From NCBI RefSeq assembly GCF_037042905.1, contig NC_087245.1, positions 30,568,001-30,632,000 on the forward strand: a stretch of 64,000 nt of DNA, given 5' to 3'. A program made the position numbers and the translations under genes. Each line of letters begins with the position of its first letter. Positions within the stretch are counted from its first letter, which is position 1. Positions 60,301 through 64,000 of this stretch are shown here, in pieces. Source of the DNA: Lytechinus pictus. Taxonomy: Eukaryota. Below the pieces are notes generated by a model. It saw only the letters and a program-made list of their open reading frames with translations, searched no databases and was not told the origin of the DNA.

Positions 60301-63300
60301 AATTCGGCGCCCTAAGTAAAATATGAATTCGGCGCCTACCTAGGTCGGACACATTAATTCGGCACCAACTTAGTTCGGACATTAATTTGGCTCCCCTTTG
60401 TCGAACATCAATTCGGCGCATCTAGATCGAATATCAATTTTGCGCGTTTTAGGTGCAACATCAATTCAGCCCCCCCCCCCCCAGGTTGAACATCAATTCA
60501 ACGCCCGTCTTCCATGTTTAAGATCAATTTGACAAACGTCAAATTGGCGCCCCTAGGTCGAACATTAACTCGGCGCCCCCTCCCCTAAGTTTGAGATCAA
60601 TTCGACACCCCTATGTCGAACATCGATTTGGCGTCCCCCTTGGTGAAACATCAAATCAGCCCCCCCCCCCTAATTGAACATCAATTCGGCGCCCAAGTAT
60701 TTCGGACATTAATTCGGCTCCCCCTTTGTCGAACATAAATTCGGCGCCTCTACACATCGAATATCGATTTTGCGCCCCCTTGATGCAACTTCAATTCAGC
60801 CCCCCTCCCAGTTTGAACATCAATTCGGCGCCCCTCCAATAGGTTAAAGATCAATTCGACGCCCCTTTGTCGAACACCGATTTGGCGGCGCCCCCCCCCC
60901 CTTGGTAAAACATCAAATCAGCCCCCCCCCCCTTGAACATCGATCCGGCGCCCCTATGTCGAATATCAATTCAGCCCCCCCCTGTTGAACATCAATTTGG
61001 CGCCCCTCCCCTAGGTTTAAGATCAATTCGACGCACCTATGTCGATCATCGACTTGGCGCCCCCCTTGGTGAAACATCAATTCAGCCCCCCCCCCCTAGG
61101 TTGAACATTAATTCGGCGCCTCTAGGTCTAACATCAATTTGGCGCCCCCCCCCCCCCTGGTGCAACATAAATTCGGCGCCCCTCCCCTAGGTTTAAGATC
61201 AATTCGACGCCCCTATGTCGAACATCAATTTGGCGCCCCCCTTGGTGAAACATCAATTTAGCCCCCCCCCCGGTTGAACATTAATTCAACGCCCGTCTTC
61301 CATGTTTAAGATCAATTCGACGCCCCTATGTCGAACATCAATTTGGCGCCCCCCTTGGTGCAACAACAATTCAGCCCCCCCCCCCTTAGCTGAACATTAA
61401 TTCGGAGCCCACGTGTCAAACATCCATTTGGCGCCACAAGACAAACGTCAAATTGGCGCCCCTAGGTCGAGCATCAATTGGCGCTCCTAGGTCGAACAAT
61501 AATTCAATAATTCGGTGCCCCCCTTTGTCGAACACCAATTCGGCGCATCTACACCGAATATCGATTTTGCGCCCCTTAGGTGCATCATCAATCCAGCCCC
61601 CCACCCCCAGGTTGAACATCAATTCGGCACCCTCCTATGTCGAACATCAATTCGGCGCCACTGAGTAAAATGTGAATTCGGCGCCTACCTAGGTCGGACA
61701 CATTAATTCGGCGCCAACTTAGTTCGGACATTAATTCGGCTCCCCTTTGTCGAACACCAATTCGGCGCCTCTACACCGAATATCGATTTTGAGCCCCTTA
61801 GGTGCATCATCAATCCAGCCCCCCACCCCCAGGTTGAACATCAATTCAACGCCCGTCTTCCATGTTTAAGATCAATTCGACGCCCCTATGTCGAACATCA
61901 ATTTGGCGCCCCTCTGTCGAACATCAATTCGGCACCCTCCTATGTCGAACATCAATTCGGCGCCACTGAGTAAAATGTGAATTCGGCGCCTATTTAGGTC
62001 GGACATTAGTTCGGCTCCCCCTTTGTCGAACATCAATTGGGTGCCTCTAGATCGATTATCAATTTGGCGCCCCTCTGGGGCAATATCAGTTCAGCCCCCC
62101 CCCCCCCCCCCCCAGGTTGAACATCAATTCACCACCCCCTCCCCTAGGGTTTAGATCAATTCGACACCCCTATGTCGGACATTAATTCGGCTCCCCTTTG
62201 TCAAACATCAATTTGGCCTCCCTAGGTGGAACATTATTCGGTGCCCCCTCCCCCCTAGGTGGAGCATTAATTCGGTGCCCCCTAGGTTTTTCACTAAATC
62301 GGCAACCTTATGTCGAACATGAATTCGGCAACCTCCTATGTCGAACATTTATTCGGCGCCCTGAGTAAAATATAAAATCGGCGCCTACTTAGTTCGGACA
62401 TTAATTCGGCTCCCCTTTGTCGAGCATCAACTTGGCGCCTCTAGATCGAATATCAATTTTGCGCCTTTTATGTGCAACATCAATTTAGCCCCCCCCCCGG
62501 TTGAACATTAATTCAACGCCCGTCTTCCATGTTTAAGATCAATTCGACGCCCCTATGTCGAACATCAATTTGGCGCCCCCCTTGGTGCAACAACAATTCA
62601 GCCCCCCCTTAGTTGAACATTAATTCGGAGCCCACTTGTCAAACATCCATTTGGCGCCACAAGACAAACGTCAAATTGGCGCCCCTAGGTCGAGCATCAA
62701 TTGGCGCCCCTAGGTCGAACAATAATTCAATAATTCGGTGCCCCCCTTTGTCGAACACCAATTTGGCGCATCTACACCGAATATCGATTTTGCGCCCCTT
62801 AGGGGCATCATCAATCCAGCCCCCCACCCCCAGGTTGAACATCAATTATACGCCCCTCCCCTAGGTTTAAGATCAATTCGACGCCCCTATGTCGAACATC
62901 AATTTGGCGCCCCTCTGTCGAACATCAATTCGGCACCCTCCAATGTCGAACATCAATTTGGTGCCCCTCTGTCGAACATCAATTCGGCACCCTCCTATGT
63001 CGAACATCAATTCGGCGCCACTGAGTTAAATGTGAATTTGGCGCCTACCTAGGTCGGACACATTAATTCGGCGCCAACTTAAATCGGACATTAATTCGGC
63101 TCCCCTTTGTCGAACACCAATTCGGCGCCTCTACACCGAATATCGATTTTGAGCCCCTTAGGTGCATCATCAATCCAGCCCCCCACCCCCAGGTTGAACA
63201 TCAATTCAACGCCCGTCTTCCATGTTTAAGATCAATTCGACGCCCCTATGTCGACCATCAATTTGGCGCCCCTCTGTCGAACATCAATTCGGCACCCTCC

Positions 63301-64000
63301 TATGTCGAACATCAATTCGGCGCCACTGAGTAAAATGTGAATTCGGCGCCTATTTAGGTCGGACATTAGTTCGGCTCCCCCTTTGTCGAACATCAATTGG
63401 GTGCCTCTAGATCGATTATCAATTTGGCGCCCCTCTTGGGCAATATCAGTTCAGCCCCCCCCCCCCAGGTTGAACATCAATTCACCACCCCCTCCCCTAG
63501 GGTTTAGATCAATTCGACACCCCTATGTCGGACATTAATTCGGCTCCCCTTTGTCGAACATCAATTCGGCGCCTCTAGATCGAATATCGATTATGCGCCC
63601 CTTTTGGTGCAACATCAATTCAGCCCCCCTCCCCCAGGTTGAACATCAATTCACCACCCCCTCTCCTAGGGTTTAGATCAATTCGACACCCCTATGTCGG
63701 ACATTAATTCGGCTCCCCTTTGTCAAACATCAATTTGGCCTCCCTAGGTGGAACATTATTCGGTGCCCCCTAGGTGGAGCATTAATTCGGTGCCCCCTAG
63801 GTTTAACACTAAATCGGCAACCTTATGTCGAACATCAATTTGGCGCCCCTCTGTCGAACATCAATTCGGTACCCTCCTATGTCGAACATCAATTGGGCGC
63901 CTCTAGATCGAATATCAATTTGGCGCCCCTCTTGGTGCAACATCATTTCACCACCCCCTCCCCTAGGGTTTAGATCAATTCGACACCCCTCCCCTAGGTT

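Larger units (their letters stand above)
40310..64000. repeat. Satellite array of ~26-28-bp monomers (consensus ~TAGGTCGAACATCAATTCGGCGCCCC) with ~1.2-kb higher-order repeats; runs off the window end
   Basis: Continuous head-to-tail monomers on one strand. The marker AGACAAACGTCAAATTGG recurs at 45551, 46732, 47917, 49155, 50230, 51452, 52635, 53844, 54696, 55879, 57088 and 58286. Confidence 0.97.

Noticed and set aside
40407..63052. Repetitive ORFs (SNINSAP / VEHQFGA / RTSIWRP peptides) as a repeat protein
   Set aside because: They are translations of the satellite in all frames, broken constantly by variable C-run frameshifts and stops.
40310..64000. CRISPR-like array of ~28-bp palindromic repeats
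   Set aside because: Monomers are head-to-tail with no unique spacers, they are degenerate and arranged in HORs, there are no cas genes, and the context is eukaryotic.

Overview
Eukaryotic, AT-rich, intron-containing genomic DNA from an invertebrate animal. The repeat repertoire looks sea-urchin-like, but that is an inference. From left to right: the last coding exon of an unidentified + strand gene (5424-5535) with a long 3'UTR-like tract; a complete 5-exon RPL19 on the - strand (17493-23463, 198 aa, TCT/5'TOP start); head-to-head with it, a complete 5-exon CCDC43 on the + strand (23846-33995, 228 aa) whose introns 3 and 4 are consecutive minor-spliceosome (U12) introns, one AT-AC and one GT-AG; a possible first exon of another gene (38127-38174); a ~110-bp minisatellite with a 572-bp tandem duplication; and, from ~40.3 kb to beyond the window end, a >23-kb satellite of ~26-28-bp hairpin monomers organised into ~1.2-kb higher-order repeats and interrupted by a TA-flanked 1.8-kb DNA transposon and a retroelement-like tail. 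Introns and intergenic DNA hold many non-autonomous DNA transposons (TTAA-, TA-, 8-bp-, 9-bp- and ~13-bp-TSD types, Helentron-like elements), several of them nested. No CRISPR array, prokaryotic system or transposase ORF is present, and most ORF-track entries are spurious. Coordinates were counted by hand and repeat boundaries are approximate.
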